Part shown: positions 1 to 10,767 of the stretch, in pieces
Layout: each line of letters begins with the position of its first letter
Numbering within the stretch: the first letter of the stretch is position 1
Source: an uncultured Spirochaetota bacterium
GTDB lineage: Bacteria; Spirochaetota; Brevinematia; Brevinematales; JAOACQ01
Direction: 5' to 3'
Length of the DNA stretch: 64,000 bases
NCBI GenBank assembly: GCA_963783575.1
Contig: CAWAOD010000006.1
Span: forward strand, 64,001 to 128,000
Made by a program: the position numbers and the translations under genes
Notes under the pieces: generated by a model
Databases searched by the model: none
Told to the model about the DNA's origin: nothing
What the model saw: the letters and a program-made list of their open reading frames with translations, nothing else

Positions 1-86
1 AAGTAATGTATGAGGGGATTCAGTTAAGCAAGACGGATATGAGCGGTTTTCAAATCAATGCGGGAATATTTTTAGGAATATTTTAA
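1..86 (+). CDS. 3' end of a gene truncated by the window edge, possibly an outer-membrane beta-barrel
   Basis: Frame 3 reads VMYEGIQLSKTDMSGFQINAGIFLGIF* (TAA 84-86), with alternating hydrophobic residues and a terminal Phe. Confidence 0.45.
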   Translation, partial: VMYEGIQLSKTDMSGFQINAGIFLGIF

Positions 87-97
87 AGGAGACGGTT

Positions 98-2203
98 ATG
101 AAGACGATTAAAGCATTATATATAGCAGGATTAATGATTGCGACAGCAATATATTTATTTACATCCTGCGAAACGACAAAAGATTATGAACCGTTTGATG
201 TTTTAAACGGAAACCAAACGCTTGAAGATTTAACAGGGCATTCCATTTCTAATTTAAAGGTAGTGCTTGTTTATCCGGTGAACATATCGATATATGACCG
301 TAAACCTAGTATTATATTTCTTGGGGATTCTATTTTTACCAATTATAATATCAGTATTTTTTCCGATTCTTCGTTCAGCAGCTTAATATTTGAAACAAAT
401 TCAGCAAATACAAGCAATAAAATTAATGTAATTTTACCATTTGGAACTATATATTATAAGATCATCCCATCAAAAAATCCGAAAAAAGACGGATCATATT
501 ATGAATCCGGTAATTTTTCAATACTACAGCTCCAGCCTGCGGCCATAGTTGAACCGCTTAATGGTGGTACAAATTATAATAAATTATATTTTTACTGGCC
601 TGCGGTTGTCGGTTCCGATGCTTATCAGATCTATCTGGATAACGGCCTTATTTATACTGGCACAAATACCAACTACACATTACCGACGAATATAGCTTAT
701 GGCCAGCATTCATGCTTTGTGATAGCCACAAATGCAACACAGGAGAGTGTAAGTATAACGAATAGCTTTATTATATCCAATATGGCTCCTTCAATATTAC
801 TGGCATACAGCATTACAAACCGTACAAATGCAACTATAACGATTGACGCCAGCGGAACATCCGATAATGAAGGTGACTCCTTTCAATTTAACTGGAATGG
901 ACAGGGTTTTGGAAGTGTTAATGTTTATTCAACTAATTTTTCTACTGCAGGAAGTTATAGTATAACCCTGAGTGTAAAAGACAGTTATGGAAATATAACA
1001 AATAGAAATATTCCTTTAGTTATTGTTGTTAATTTGCTTCCCCAGCCTTCATTTACAATAAATAAAACATCCGGAGATCGAAGCACGGTATTTAATGTCG
1101 ATGCCAGTGGTACTACCGATGCAGAAACTGCTCAAAATAATATTCTTGTTAAATGGAGTTGGGGCGACGGCTCCGTACTAGGATATAATACAACAAAAAC
1201 AGCGAATCATACATACTCGCAAGTCAGCAATTTTACTATAACATTAACGGCTCTTGATGGGGACGGGGGTGAAAACTCAATTACAAAGATCGTATCTGTT
1301 ACAAACCGATATCCACTTGCGATTTTTATTTCGCCATCAAGTATTACAACAAACACAACATTTACAGTTGACGCAAGCGGAAGTTCCGATCCTGACGGCG
1401 ATTCGTTACAGTATAACTGGGACTTCGGAAACGGCGCTACAAGCGGATGGATTAATAGCAATACTTACAGTTATTCTTATAATTCTGCCGGAACCAACAT
1501 CATAACTCTTCTTGTAAAAGATGCCATTGGAGACGTATCAAGCACTACAAATCAAATTGCAGTTAACAATTCCTCTATTCCCCGCAATGGATTGGTTGCT
1601 GAGTACCTTTTCAGCGGAAATGCTAATGATACAAGCGGAAACGGGAATAATGGCACCGTGAATGGGGCAACTTTAACTACTGACAGATTAGGTAATGCTA
1701 ATAAAGCATATGATTTTAATTCTGGGAATGAAGACTATATAGATTGCGGAAACGGTTCCTGTCTAAATTTTGATAATCAAATTACAGTTTCAATCTGGAT
1801 GTATCCAAATGCATATGGTGTTAGATTAATTGGAAAATCTGATAATGATCTTTCAGCAGGATGGCTTATAGATCTATTGAATGGAAATCAAAAGCTGAAA
1901 GTTACAATACAACCCAGTCAAAATTTATTTACCCCAACATCATTGGCTTTAAATACTTGGTATCATATCGCATATACATATAATAAAACTGATGGGTTGA
2001 CAAAGCTATATGTAAATGGTAATTTAGTAAATCAAACTAATTTTACATCCGGAAGCATTTATTATAATACTAAATTAACTATTGGAACATTTACCAGTTC
2101 CGGTATTTCATATTTTAACGGTTTTGAAGATGATGTAAGAATTTATAACCGGATTTTAAGCGATAATGAAATTCAAGCTTTATATCATGAGGGTGGATGG
2201 TAA
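98..2203 (+). CDS. Surface lipoprotein with three PKD/Ig-like domains and a C-terminal LamG-like jellyroll module
   Basis: SD AAGGAG; lipobox FTSC; repeated DASG(T/S)xD...W(D/S)xG PKD motifs; LVAEYLFSGNAND...DDVRIYNRILSDNEIQALYHEGGW. Confidence 0.8.
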   Translation: MKTIKALYIAGLMIATAIYLFTSCETTKDYEPFDVLNGNQTLEDLTGHSISNLKVVLVYPVNISIYDRKPSIIFLGDSIFTNYNISIFSDSSFSSLIFETNSANTSNKINVILPFGTIYYKIIPSKNPKKDGSYYESGNFSILQLQPAAIVEPLNGGTNYNKLYFYWPAVVGSDAYQIYLDNGLIYTGTNTNYTLPTNIAYGQHSCFVIATNATQESVSITNSFIISNMAPSILLAYSITNRTNATITIDASGTSDNEGDSFQFNWNGQGFGSVNVYSTNFSTAGSYSITLSVKDSYGNITNRNIPLVIVVNLLPQPSFTINKTSGDRSTVFNVDASGTTDAETAQNNILVKWSWGDGSVLGYNTTKTANHTYSQVSNFTITLTALDGDGGENSITKIVSVTNRYPLAIFISPSSITTNTTFTVDASGSSDPDGDSLQYNWDFGNGATSGWINSNTYSYSYNSAGTNIITLLVKDAIGDVSSTTNQIAVNNSSIPRNGLVAEYLFSGNANDTSGNGNNGTVNGATLTTDRLGNANKAYDFNSGNEDYIDCGNGSCLNFDNQITVSIWMYPNAYGVRLIGKSDNDLSAGWLIDLLNGNQKLKVTIQPSQNLFTPTSLALNTWYHIAYTYNKTDGLTKLYVNGNLVNQTNFTSGSIYYNTKLTIGTFTSSGISYFNGFEDDVRIYNRILSDNEIQALYHEGGW

Positions 2204-2258
2204 GTATTAAATCAACTATATTATGTCAACAAAATATCCAACTGTTAAGTAGGCCTTA

Positions 2259-3063
2259 TTATCTTTTTATAAAGTGGAAAAGACCGCATGAATAAAATGC
2301 ATTTTCATAATCTTTAGGATTAGCATTAATTATCAGTTTATTTTGATCATTGACTGAACTGAATTCCTTAAGTTCAAATCCTTCAAATAATTTTATGACA
2401 TAAAAAGGATCGAATACTCTATAACTGTTAAACTCCAATCTCTGTTTTCCTATCGGTACAGAAAATAAAATATTCCCGTTTTTTTTAATAACACGCTTTA
2501 TTTCATTAATTGCTTTAATATAACCCGCAGGATCGACAGGATCTCCATATCTGCCCAATCCGAAATGCTCAACCGCATGAAGTGATGAAAGGGATTCAAT
2601 AGAATCCGATTTTATAGATTTCATATCAGTACAATCACATTCTTGAAATTCCAGATTGGGGATTTGAACCTTAAGAGGCCGCACATCAAGCATTACAACT
2701 TTTGTAAAACAGAGGCAATGAGAAATAAACCCGTCAAGGCGTGATCCTACTATCATGATGTATTGCTTTTCCAAAATCATAAACCTTTTTTGCCGCCCAT
2801 AAATCCTGAAAAAAGTAATGCTTGGGCACATCTCCGGCGTCCTCATAACGGTCATATAAACATGGGTAGTTGTTGATGAGATGAAGAGGAAAAGGAATCC
2901 CGGAAATATCTTTTTGTTTAAACAATTTTTTATATTTAAAATAATCTATGCAATAATCAAAAATCCCTCTGAAAATATGGAACCCTTTGAAAATGTTCCG
3001 TAGAGGAAATAAAAAAGGAAAAAGCCCATTGATTTGAAGACCAATAAATCGTAGGAATTTCAT
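2259..3063 (-). pseudogene. DUF268-like SAM-dependent methyltransferase, split by a +1 frameshift near 2751
   Basis: ORF 2734..3063 (HYFFQDLWAAKKV...HHD) joins ORF 2259..2855 (VGSRLDGFISH...SLHAVEHFGLGRYGDPVDP) if one base near 2751 is removed. Could be an assembly error. Confidence 0.7.
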
Positions 3064-3168
3064 TGTGCGGCCTCCTAAAAGAATATAGTAATTAATTATA
3101 TGTTAGATCTTTTGATATTTCAATTTATCGAAATTTCTGAATTTGAGAAATTTGAATGACAAAAAATC

Positions 3169-3205
3169 GGGATTGTCCATAATTAATATGCTTATGAACA
3201 ATCCC
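3169..3205 (-). terminator. Probable intrinsic terminator of the large lipoprotein gene
   Basis: GGGATTGTCCATAA...TTATGAACAATCCC stem just past the stop at 3231; the A-run at 3161-3166 gives a U-tract on the minus strand. Confidence 0.5.
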
Positions 3206-3230
3206 AAAAATTAATAGTTTTTTATACTTA

Positions 3231-6062
3231 TTATTGGTTTATTACGGTATTATTACCTGCTGTAGCTGAACCTGTGAAGTTAGTTTCATTTATGTTTGTC
3301 CAGCTATCGTCATTAGTAATTATATTTACTCCATTATAATCATAATATAGATATCCAATTATGTTTGTAATAAAAGTATTATTCATTATAATCTGTCCAG
3401 TTGTGTCATTGTTCAATTCATTAATAGCAATACCTGTTGATCCTGGTATACTGCCAATTAAATTATTGGATATAATTAATCCTGTAAGTTGGTGTTCATA
3501 CCCCCTTAAATAAATTACAGAATTGGAAGGTGAAGACCAATTGCTTGTGATAGAACAGTTTAATATACTTACATTAATTGAGCTTTCAACGGCAATTGCA
3601 CCGCCACCAAAGCTTGTATTTAAAGAGCTGTTTCCAATAATAACAGAATCAATCAATAAGGCATTTTCAGTATCATCCAATTTTATTCCACCGCCTCCTT
3701 CATCGGAATCTATTCCCTGTCTAACATTATTTGCGATAAGTGTATTAGTAATAATTGTGTTACTACCTAATCTGATTTCTAAACCGCCGCTATGATGATT
3801 TGCAGAATTATTGACAACGCTTGCTCCTACAATATTATTAAAATACCCATTATAGATCGCAATACCGCCTCCGTACATTGTTGAGCTGTTATTTGAAATT
3901 GTTCCCAATATGGTATTATATGACCCATTATTGATATTTATACCACCGCCCCATTGACCTCCAGAATTTCCGTAAACAATACAATTTATATAATTGCTTT
4001 TTCCACTTATATAAATACCGCCACCGAAATCAACAGAACTAATATTATTGCAGACAATTGCTGAAATTTTATTATTATTCCCGCTAATACTTAAGCCTGC
4101 TCCGCCCATGGTTGAATTATATGACGCTGTATTATTTGTAATAATTGAATTTGTTATTAAACTGTTGTAAACATTATTAAAATATATACCGCCGCCATAA
4201 CCTGAAGACCCATTGCCGTTTTGGATGATAAACCCATTGATTAACAGATTGCTGACATTTTCGGCAAATATTACATGATTGATTGTTCCTCCCCCGTTAA
4301 GCTCACTGAAGCCAGTCTGGGAACTGAACCCGCTATCCCATCCTCCGGAAAGATTAATATTGTTTGAATCGATATACACTCCGCTATTGCTGTTGCTTGA
4401 TAGCCCGCTACCGAGAATATAAACCCCGGTTTGTACATAGACATTAGTTGCTGCACTACCTTTAATTGCATCAATGGCTAATTGTATTGTTTTAAACGGC
4501 TGTGCTATACTGCCGTCATTATCGTCACTGCCGCTTGTAGAAACATAAACGATATTGCCTGAAATAGACTGTTTTGTTACTGTTATGCTGTTTGTAATAC
4601 TGTTATTTGAAAACATATCCATAGCATAAACTTTTATAGTATGAGCGCCGCCCGATAGTAAAAGGTTTGTGATCCAATTAGTAGTCCCCTGAACCAAACC
4701 GAAAGCCCCGCCATCTACCCCCAGATAAATTCCGGACAAACCGGCATTATCGTTAGCTGTACCGTTAACAGTAATAATTCCATATGTTTTATAGTTATTC
4801 GTAGGGAATATTATATTTATGCTTGGCGGTGTTGTATCAATAAGTTTTGTAATTGAAATACTGTTAGTCACAGAACAATTACTGAACATATCCATAGCAT
4901 AAACAAATATTGTATGAATACCGGCTGTTAATAACAAATTGGAATTCCAGCTTGATGTGCCGTTTACCGATCCAAACATACCTCCATCTATGGATAAATA
5001 AACTCCGGTTATACCGGATATATCGGATGCAGTGCCTGTGGCCTTAAAATTAGTATATGTCTGATAATTATTCGTTGGGAATGAAACATTAAGATTTGGA
5101 GGTGTCGTATCGATGTAGTTGTTCACAACAACATAATCGATCCAGCCGCAGTCCGAACCGGAAGAACCCGATCCGTCTTTTGAATACATCCATTTAACGG
5201 TATGAGTACCTGGTAAAAATGCAAAATTTGTATAATTCCAATCCACTTCTCCGCTGATACTGGCTTTTAAATTTCCGTCCACATAACAACTTAAAAAGTC
5301 GCTACCGGATTGACTTGAGACCTTCCAATAAAATGAGATGAAATTATTGGTTATTACAGTTTGAATATATGTGCTTAATGAATTGCCGATTAAGCCGCTT
5401 TTAGCGGAATTTCCGCCGTAATGAAACACTGCACTGTCCAGAGTCCATAATTCAGTACCGCCGTATGTAAAATTTAATCCCGGATTATCAATAGCTTCAT
5501 CCATTAATTCACTGAAATTATAAGACATGTTTGTAACATTGAATATATTTGTTGAAACATTTGTTATATATATAGAGTTGGTCGCATTAATATAATTGGT
5601 GACCAGTGTATTGTTAGTCTGTAAAACATAGTTTGTCAGGGTGATTGAATTTGTTGTTGAAAAATATAAAGTAATTCCCGTATCCCTGGAATTGCCGGCG
5701 TTATCGAAAGCTTTAACATTGATGCTTATAACTTCACCGTCAATCACCTGTCCTCCGTAATAAATATAATTCCAATTTTCTTTCCCGGTTGCCGATAAAT
5801 AATTATTGGTACCGACTTTTACCCAAACTTGCTTTATACCCGATGCATCGGAGGCATTGCCGCTGATCAGAACCTGGCCGTTATAAATTGTACCGGCTGT
5901 CGGTGTTAAAATTGCTATATCAGGCGGTGTTGTATCGCCCGAATTATTAGCTGAAGAAGAGCTGGATTTTGAATTGTCCTGTAATATATTACAGCCTGAA
6001 ATAATTATACACAAAATAAAACAGCAAAAAACTAAAATGAATGCGATTTTTCTTTTTAACAT
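3231..6062 (-). CDS. Large lipoprotein: Ig-like repeats, DUF1565-like segment and right-handed beta-helix (pectin-lyase-like)
   Basis: GGAGG SD before ATG 6062; lipobox ISGC; three DTTPP...GxAxD Ig-like repeats; YVSTSGSDDNDGSIAQPFKTIQxAID; repeated GGGI/NN beta-helix motifs. Confidence 0.75.
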   Translation of the reverse strand: MLKRKIAFILVFCCFILCIIISGCNILQDNSKSSSSSANNSGDTTPPDIAILTPTAGTIYNGQVLISGNASDASGIKQVWVKVGTNNYLSATGKENWNYIYYGGQVIDGEVISINVKAFDNAGNSRDTGITLYFSTTNSITLTNYVLQTNNTLVTNYINATNSIYITNVSTNIFNVTNMSYNFSELMDEAIDNPGLNFTYGGTELWTLDSAVFHYGGNSAKSGLIGNSLSTYIQTVITNNFISFYWKVSSQSGSDFLSCYVDGNLKASISGEVDWNYTNFAFLPGTHTVKWMYSKDGSGSSGSDCGWIDYVVVNNYIDTTPPNLNVSFPTNNYQTYTNFKATGTASDISGITGVYLSIDGGMFGSVNGTSSWNSNLLLTAGIHTIFVYAMDMFSNCSVTNSISITKLIDTTPPSINIIFPTNNYKTYGIITVNGTANDNAGLSGIYLGVDGGAFGLVQGTTNWITNLLLSGGAHTIKVYAMDMFSNNSITNSITVTKQSISGNIVYVSTSGSDDNDGSIAQPFKTIQLAIDAIKGSAATNVYVQTGVYILGSGLSSNSNSGVYIDSNNINLSGGWDSGFSSQTGFSELNGGGTINHVIFAENVSNLLINGFIIQNGNGSSGYGGGIYFNNVYNSLITNSIITNNTASYNSTMGGAGLSISGNNNKISAIVCNNISSVDFGGGIYISGKSNYINCIVYGNSGGQWGGGININNGSYNTILGTISNNSSTMYGGGIAIYNGYFNNIVGASVVNNSANHHSGGLEIRLGSNTIITNTLIANNVRQGIDSDEGGGGIKLDDTENALLIDSVIIGNSSLNTSFGGGAIAVESSINVSILNCSITSNWSSPSNSVIYLRGYEHQLTGLIISNNLIGSIPGSTGIAINELNNDTTGQIIMNNTFITNIIGYLYYDYNGVNIITNDDSWTNINETNFTGSATAGNNTVINQ

Positions 6063-6161
6063 AGCATTCCTCCAAGTTATAAACATTCTTTATTATATAC
6101 CGGTTAAAATTTAAAATTTTGAAATAATTTTATTAATTAATAAAAATAAATATTTATACGG

Positions 6162-8390
6162 TTATTTTTTAATTTTTATTATAGAATCTTTGGAAAGTCC
6201 GAAAACATTATCCCTATCGCCTGCCACAAACAAAATTGGGCTATCGGAAGAGTATTGCCATACAAAATTATTTTTAATTAAATCATAATTATATATTTTT
6301 CCGGAAGAAGATCCTGTAATTAAATTTTCTTCAGCCAAATAGGGCTGTATAAGGAGGTCAGGAAAATTTTCCTTCCGGATCACATTTCCATTAGCTATAT
6401 CAAGAATAATAATTAATGAGTTTGTTTGAAAGCTGATTGATAAAATTACTTTACTGCCTGTGAATAAAGGCTGAAGCGCTGTCTTTTGAAGTTCCGGAAA
6501 GGTTTGTGACCATAAAATACTTCCGTCCGATGGATTTAATGCTGTAATTTTTCCCTCGACTCTCGATAGAACTATTGCAGTTTTTTCATTTCCGATAATC
6601 GGATGGATTATTCTGTCGGCAAAGACATTTTTAACCCAAAGCATTTTTTTGGATCTTAAATCATATGCGGCTGCATTTCCCGCTTCCGTACCGTAAACAA
6701 GCATATTGTTCACTTTAGTAAAGAGCGGGATCGAGTAAACAGCTTCTCCTTTAGATAAGGCAATGGCATCAACAATATTTCCCGAATTGTCAAAAATCTG
6801 AATACCTTTGTCAATTGTCGGCAGTGCAATTAAATTGGCGTAAGACGACGGCGCCGCATCGAATTTTTCCCGGCCGGCTTCATTGTTTTTCCATATCATA
6901 TCTCCTGAAGCCGAATATGCAAACAAACCGCCCGAATCGGAACCGAGTAATATTTTGTCATAACCGGAACCAGAGTGGCAAATTACCGGCCTGGTTAAAG
7001 AATATTTTTCATCAACAACAGGTATGGATTTAATAAGTTCCCCGTCATAAGAATATATTTTTAATCTATTACCGTCTGAAATATAAATTTTTCCATTAAT
7101 CAACAAAACCTCTTTATCTATAAAATCAAATAGGGCACTTTTTTTCCATAATAATTCTCCCGGCAGATTTTTCATCATATTTGTTTTTATGGAATTATTT
7201 GTGTCCAGCTCATTGGTAATAACTTTCTGCAATTGAGTCAGAACTGAATTTATTGATAATCCGCCGTTAACCCTGATATCATTTTGATTATATTCGGAAA
7301 AGCCTTCTCTTATGATTTTTACCGATATGTTCCTGTCCTTTTCACAAAAATATTGAAGCGGAGTGCGGCCCAGATATGACTGATTTACAAAAACATCCGC
7401 GCCCTGAGGGCTTGAATTAATATTCAGAATTGACATATTGCCGGTGTTTTTGATAATGCTTTCGCTGTTCAATCCGTCCAATTTTTCTTTAATATCAGGA
7501 TCAATAACTGAGATTTTTGTTATTGGGACTATTTGAATATTTTCAATTCCAGTCTTATTATCAATCGCTTTTTCTATTGTTTGATTTAAAACCCGGACAT
7601 CGGCAATTTTTATTTCCCCTTTTTCTCCCGGAACAACCATAACCGGTTTTAATTGTTCATTTGTTATAGGATATGCCGATTCTTTTAATTTTGATTTCAG
7701 ATTATTTTTTAAAACAGGCTCTAAACTTACTTCGCCTTCATTGACCGACACACTGGTGTTTCCTTCATCATCGGCCTGGACGCTGAATTTTGTCCCGGTA
7801 ACAGTGATATATGCGCTTGAAGTGACAACTGCAAATAATTCGCCTTTTTTTACAGGTTCCGGTTTTAAAAATATTCTGCCTTTTTTTAATCTTAAAATCA
7901 CATGAATATTATTCAGGTTGTCTATTGAGACTTCACTCAAGCTTTCTATCCTTATTAATGCTTTATTTATTAGCTGGATCTCGCCTGTTGATCCGTCGCT
8001 TGTTTTTATTGCATAACCTTCTTTAATACTTTGGTCAAGCTTGGCTTTTGACCATTCCTGTAAACCGTTTTTTCTGATTTCAACCGGCCCGGATAATCCG
8101 GTGATAAGGAATGCCCGTCCTGACCAGGGTAGAAATTTATTATATATGGTTATAGCGGATATTCCAGCACAGATGATTAAAATTGTGAATATAATTACCA
8201 GGGCTCTTTTCCAGCCGATTTTCCCGAAGTAAGACAAAAATAAACTGCCGGATTTTATATTTTTTTGGGATTGATATTTATTCCAGAAATTTTGAAAATC
8301 GGACAAATTTTCATCAAACCGGTTATTCCGTAGAAAATCTTTTATATCACCATTTATGATAAAATGCTTTTGTTTTATCCGGGGATTCAT
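6162..8390 (-). CDS. FecR-domain anti-sigma-like membrane protein with PEGA domain and PQQ-like beta-propeller
   Basis: Single TM helix; FecR motif VTSSAYITVTGTKFSV...VSVNEGEV; PEGA motif INSSPQGADVFVNQSYLGRTP; Trp-terminated propeller blades. Overlaps the sigma gene stop. Confidence 0.75.
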   Translation of the reverse strand: MNPRIKQKHFIINGDIKDFLRNNRFDENLSDFQNFWNKYQSQKNIKSGSLFLSYFGKIGWKRALVIIFTILIICAGISAITIYNKFLPWSGRAFLITGLSGPVEIRKNGLQEWSKAKLDQSIKEGYAIKTSDGSTGEIQLINKALIRIESLSEVSIDNLNNIHVILRLKKGRIFLKPEPVKKGELFAVVTSSAYITVTGTKFSVQADDEGNTSVSVNEGEVSLEPVLKNNLKSKLKESAYPITNEQLKPVMVVPGEKGEIKIADVRVLNQTIEKAIDNKTGIENIQIVPITKISVIDPDIKEKLDGLNSESIIKNTGNMSILNINSSPQGADVFVNQSYLGRTPLQYFCEKDRNISVKIIREGFSEYNQNDIRVNGGLSINSVLTQLQKVITNELDTNNSIKTNMMKNLPGELLWKKSALFDFIDKEVLLINGKIYISDGNRLKIYSYDGELIKSIPVVDEKYSLTRPVICHSGSGYDKILLGSDSGGLFAYSASGDMIWKNNEAGREKFDAAPSSYANLIALPTIDKGIQIFDNSGNIVDAIALSKGEAVYSIPLFTKVNNMLVYGTEAGNAAAYDLRSKKMLWVKNVFADRIIHPIIGNEKTAIVLSRVEGKITALNPSDGSILWSQTFPELQKTALQPLFTGSKVILSISFQTNSLIIILDIANGNVIRKENFPDLLIQPYLAEENLITGSSSGKIYNYDLIKNNFVWQYSSDSPILFVAGDRDNVFGLSKDSIIKIKK

Positions 8391-8962
8391 AATTCTCCCT
8401 CCGCTTGACTCTTTAACATCTTGAATGCCATATTCAGCCGGTTATAAACCTGCCTCTGGCTTATTCCGGCGATTTCTGCGATTTCTTCAATATCAAGGCC
8501 GCCGTAAACATGCAATAATAAAATTTTTTTGAATTTAACAGGTATCTTATTAATTATACCGTTCAAGCATTCCCGAATTTGAAATTTTTCAAAAATTATT
8601 TCCCCACCCTCATCGATTTTATCGCTAATAAAGTCAATTTCCTTATATTTTACCTTTTTTAGATAATTATATTTATCACGTACTTTATTCAATATTATTT
8701 TATAAAACCATGGCCCGAATTTAAAACCGCTCCGGAAGCCATTGACCGTCCTGAAAAGTTTTATAAACACATCCTGTACTGTATCCTCGGCGTCGCTATG
8801 TTTTAATCCGTAAAAACGGGAAAGGTTGTAAGCATTTGAATAATGCCTGTTATATAAGACTTCCATATACTGTTGTTCGGCAGTACTGCTGATGCCGTTA
8901 GAACTTTGAATTGTCTTCAGGCGTTCTATTATTTCTTCATCGCATAAATCATTAATAGGCAT
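8387..8962 (-). CDS. ECF-subfamily RNA polymerase sigma factor
   Basis: DAEDTVQDVFIKL (region 2), FGPWFYKIILN, EEIAEIAGISQRQVYNRL (region 4 HTH). Start reassigned to ATG 8962. Confidence 0.85.
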   Translation of the reverse strand: MPINDLCDEEIIERLKTIQSSNGISSTAEQQYMEVLYNRHYSNAYNLSRFYGLKHSDAEDTVQDVFIKLFRTVNGFRSGFKFGPWFYKIILNKVRDKYNYLKKVKYKEIDFISDKIDEGGEIIFEKFQIRECLNGIINKIPVKFKKILLLHVYGGLDIEEIAEIAGISQRQVYNRLNMAFKMLKSQAEGEL

Positions 8963-8964
8963 TC

Positions 8965-9177
8965 TTAATTTCCAAAATGATAATCTGAAAGTACTATAAA
9001 ACCATAAATACTTGAAGAGCTTGAGGATGAACTGCTGCTTTCGGAAGAAGTGGCAGAACTTCCGTTGTACAAAGGGTCTACCGGGTTCGAATGGCTTAAC
9101 TGAAAAATACTGCAACCGGATTGAATAAGTAAGAAAAAAATTAAAATACAATATATATAATAAATAAATCTGCTCAT
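8965..9177 (-). CDS. Small Ser-rich lipoprotein (70 aa)
   Basis: Signal peptide with QSGC, NPVDP motif and poly-Ser; abuts both neighbouring genes in the operon. Confidence 0.6.
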   Translation of the reverse strand: MSRFIYYIYCILIFFLLIQSGCSIFQLSHSNPVDPLYNGSSATSSESSSSSSSSSSIYGFIVLSDYHFGN

Positions 9178-10553
9178 TAAAACCTCCTGGATAGAGAAAA
9201 AGATATGTTCCCTTTTGAGGTATCAATGTTTAATGAAGGCTCAAAAGCATAAAAAGTGGGTTGAAGATAAGCATGGATTATGGATAAAATGATTGTTCCG
9301 CCCCAGACACTTAATCCCGTGATGCTGAAATCTCTCCATATTTCAGAAACCTGGTAAAATTTGGCCGCGTCCGATTCCGTAACTGATTTTTCATATTTTG
9401 AATAACTGATACTGAAAGCATATTCCGAAAACACAGAAAAACCAAAACCGCTCGTACCGATCACAAGAAAAATAAATCCCATCCCGTAATCCCGCGCCTG
9501 GATTTGCGCATAGCCCGGAATAACTATATTCATTAATGGCTGAGTTTTTGCATATGAAGATAATACAGGCATTTTGGGATTGAATACCAGAATTACCGTT
9601 TCTCCTTCCCGGACAATGAAATTTGTAGAATCGAGAATTTTATTGTCATTTTTCAATTCGATCAAATTTGATTGATCCGCCGGAATATAAGAAAGGTTAA
9701 TACTTCCTTCCGGGTTGATCTCACCCTTATTCCTGCCGTTAAAATATATATCTGATTTTTTTATAAAAGATTTGATAATAACATCAGCGCTTGGTTTATA
9801 AATCACCTCATTATTTTCATTATTGGTAAGAGTGATATTTGTTCTGAATACTTCTTTCCCGGAATCAAATGATTTTAAAGAAATTTCGATATCATCATCT
9901 GAAAGGAAACTTTCATTATAAATGTTTTCAGAAGAAATCTCCCCGGATAATTTCGCATTAATATAAATTTTATAGATATTCCGGGTGTCTTTGATCAGGA
10001 CAGATAATTTCCCTATTGAAACCTCTTTCCCATACAAGAGGCCGGCAATATTCTTTTTCATTAAATCTACAATATCAAAAAGCCCGGTATCGATTGTTCC
10101 TTTATAACTTCTTGTTAAATTCAATTCACCGGAAACAACATCATAGGAGTATAAATTGATCGATATTTTTTTAAGAACCCTGTCCGTCTTATAATCGCCG
10201 AGTATCATAACCTTTGAACCAAGGCTCTGTGCTAATTGAAAAGCAAGGTCCATATCCGGCTGTTTCAATTTCCAGAATCCGGTTTCCAACGCAGCTTTCT
10301 CGAGATCTTCATACATAACTATCTGAACATCCGGTAATTTTGATAAAAATGTAATCAATGATTTTGTAAGAACTGTATTGATGGAATCGTCGGAATCATC
10401 ACCGGTATTAATAAAACCGAGTACGGCGGTTTTTCTGGAGCTGAAAGGTTGCCCAAAGCATTGATTATAGTTAAATATAACAAGCTTGAAAATTATTATT
10501 AAAAATAAACTGCATTGTAAATAATTAAATAATTTTATTAAAATTAAATTCAT
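9177..10553 (-). CDS. Exported protein with TolB-N/FlgO/CsgG-like N-domain and C-terminal membrane segments
   Basis: Signal peptide; AVLGFIN...LAQSLGSKVMILGDY; NIVIPGYAQIQ followed by hydrophobic helices; terminal FSLSRRF. Confidence 0.5.
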   Translation of the reverse strand: MNLILIKLFNYLQCSLFLIIIFKLVIFNYNQCFGQPFSSRKTAVLGFINTGDDSDDSINTVLTKSLITFLSKLPDVQIVMYEDLEKAALETGFWKLKQPDMDLAFQLAQSLGSKVMILGDYKTDRVLKKISINLYSYDVVSGELNLTRSYKGTIDTGLFDIVDLMKKNIAGLLYGKEVSIGKLSVLIKDTRNIYKIYINAKLSGEISSENIYNESFLSDDDIEISLKSFDSGKEVFRTNITLTNNENNEVIYKPSADVIIKSFIKKSDIYFNGRNKGEINPEGSINLSYIPADQSNLIELKNDNKILDSTNFIVREGETVILVFNPKMPVLSSYAKTQPLMNIVIPGYAQIQARDYGMGFIFLVIGTSGFGFSVFSEYAFSISYSKYEKSVTESDAAKFYQVSEIWRDFSITGLSVWGGTIILSIIHAYLQPTFYAFEPSLNIDTSKGNISFSLSRRF

Positions 10554-10767
10554 TTATATATCCCTGTTCAATATGCATTATTATTTAAAGTATATCCATT
10601 AAGCTTGCGTTAAATTAATTAGTTGTATATCATAATTAAAATTTTGAATGATTTCAAGTAATTAAATAAAAAAATATTTTTAATAAATTTCAAAAATTTA
10701 ATATTTTAGCGGTATTAATATACATTGAATGAAAATTTTGTAATTGGAATTTTCAAAGGAGAAAAAT

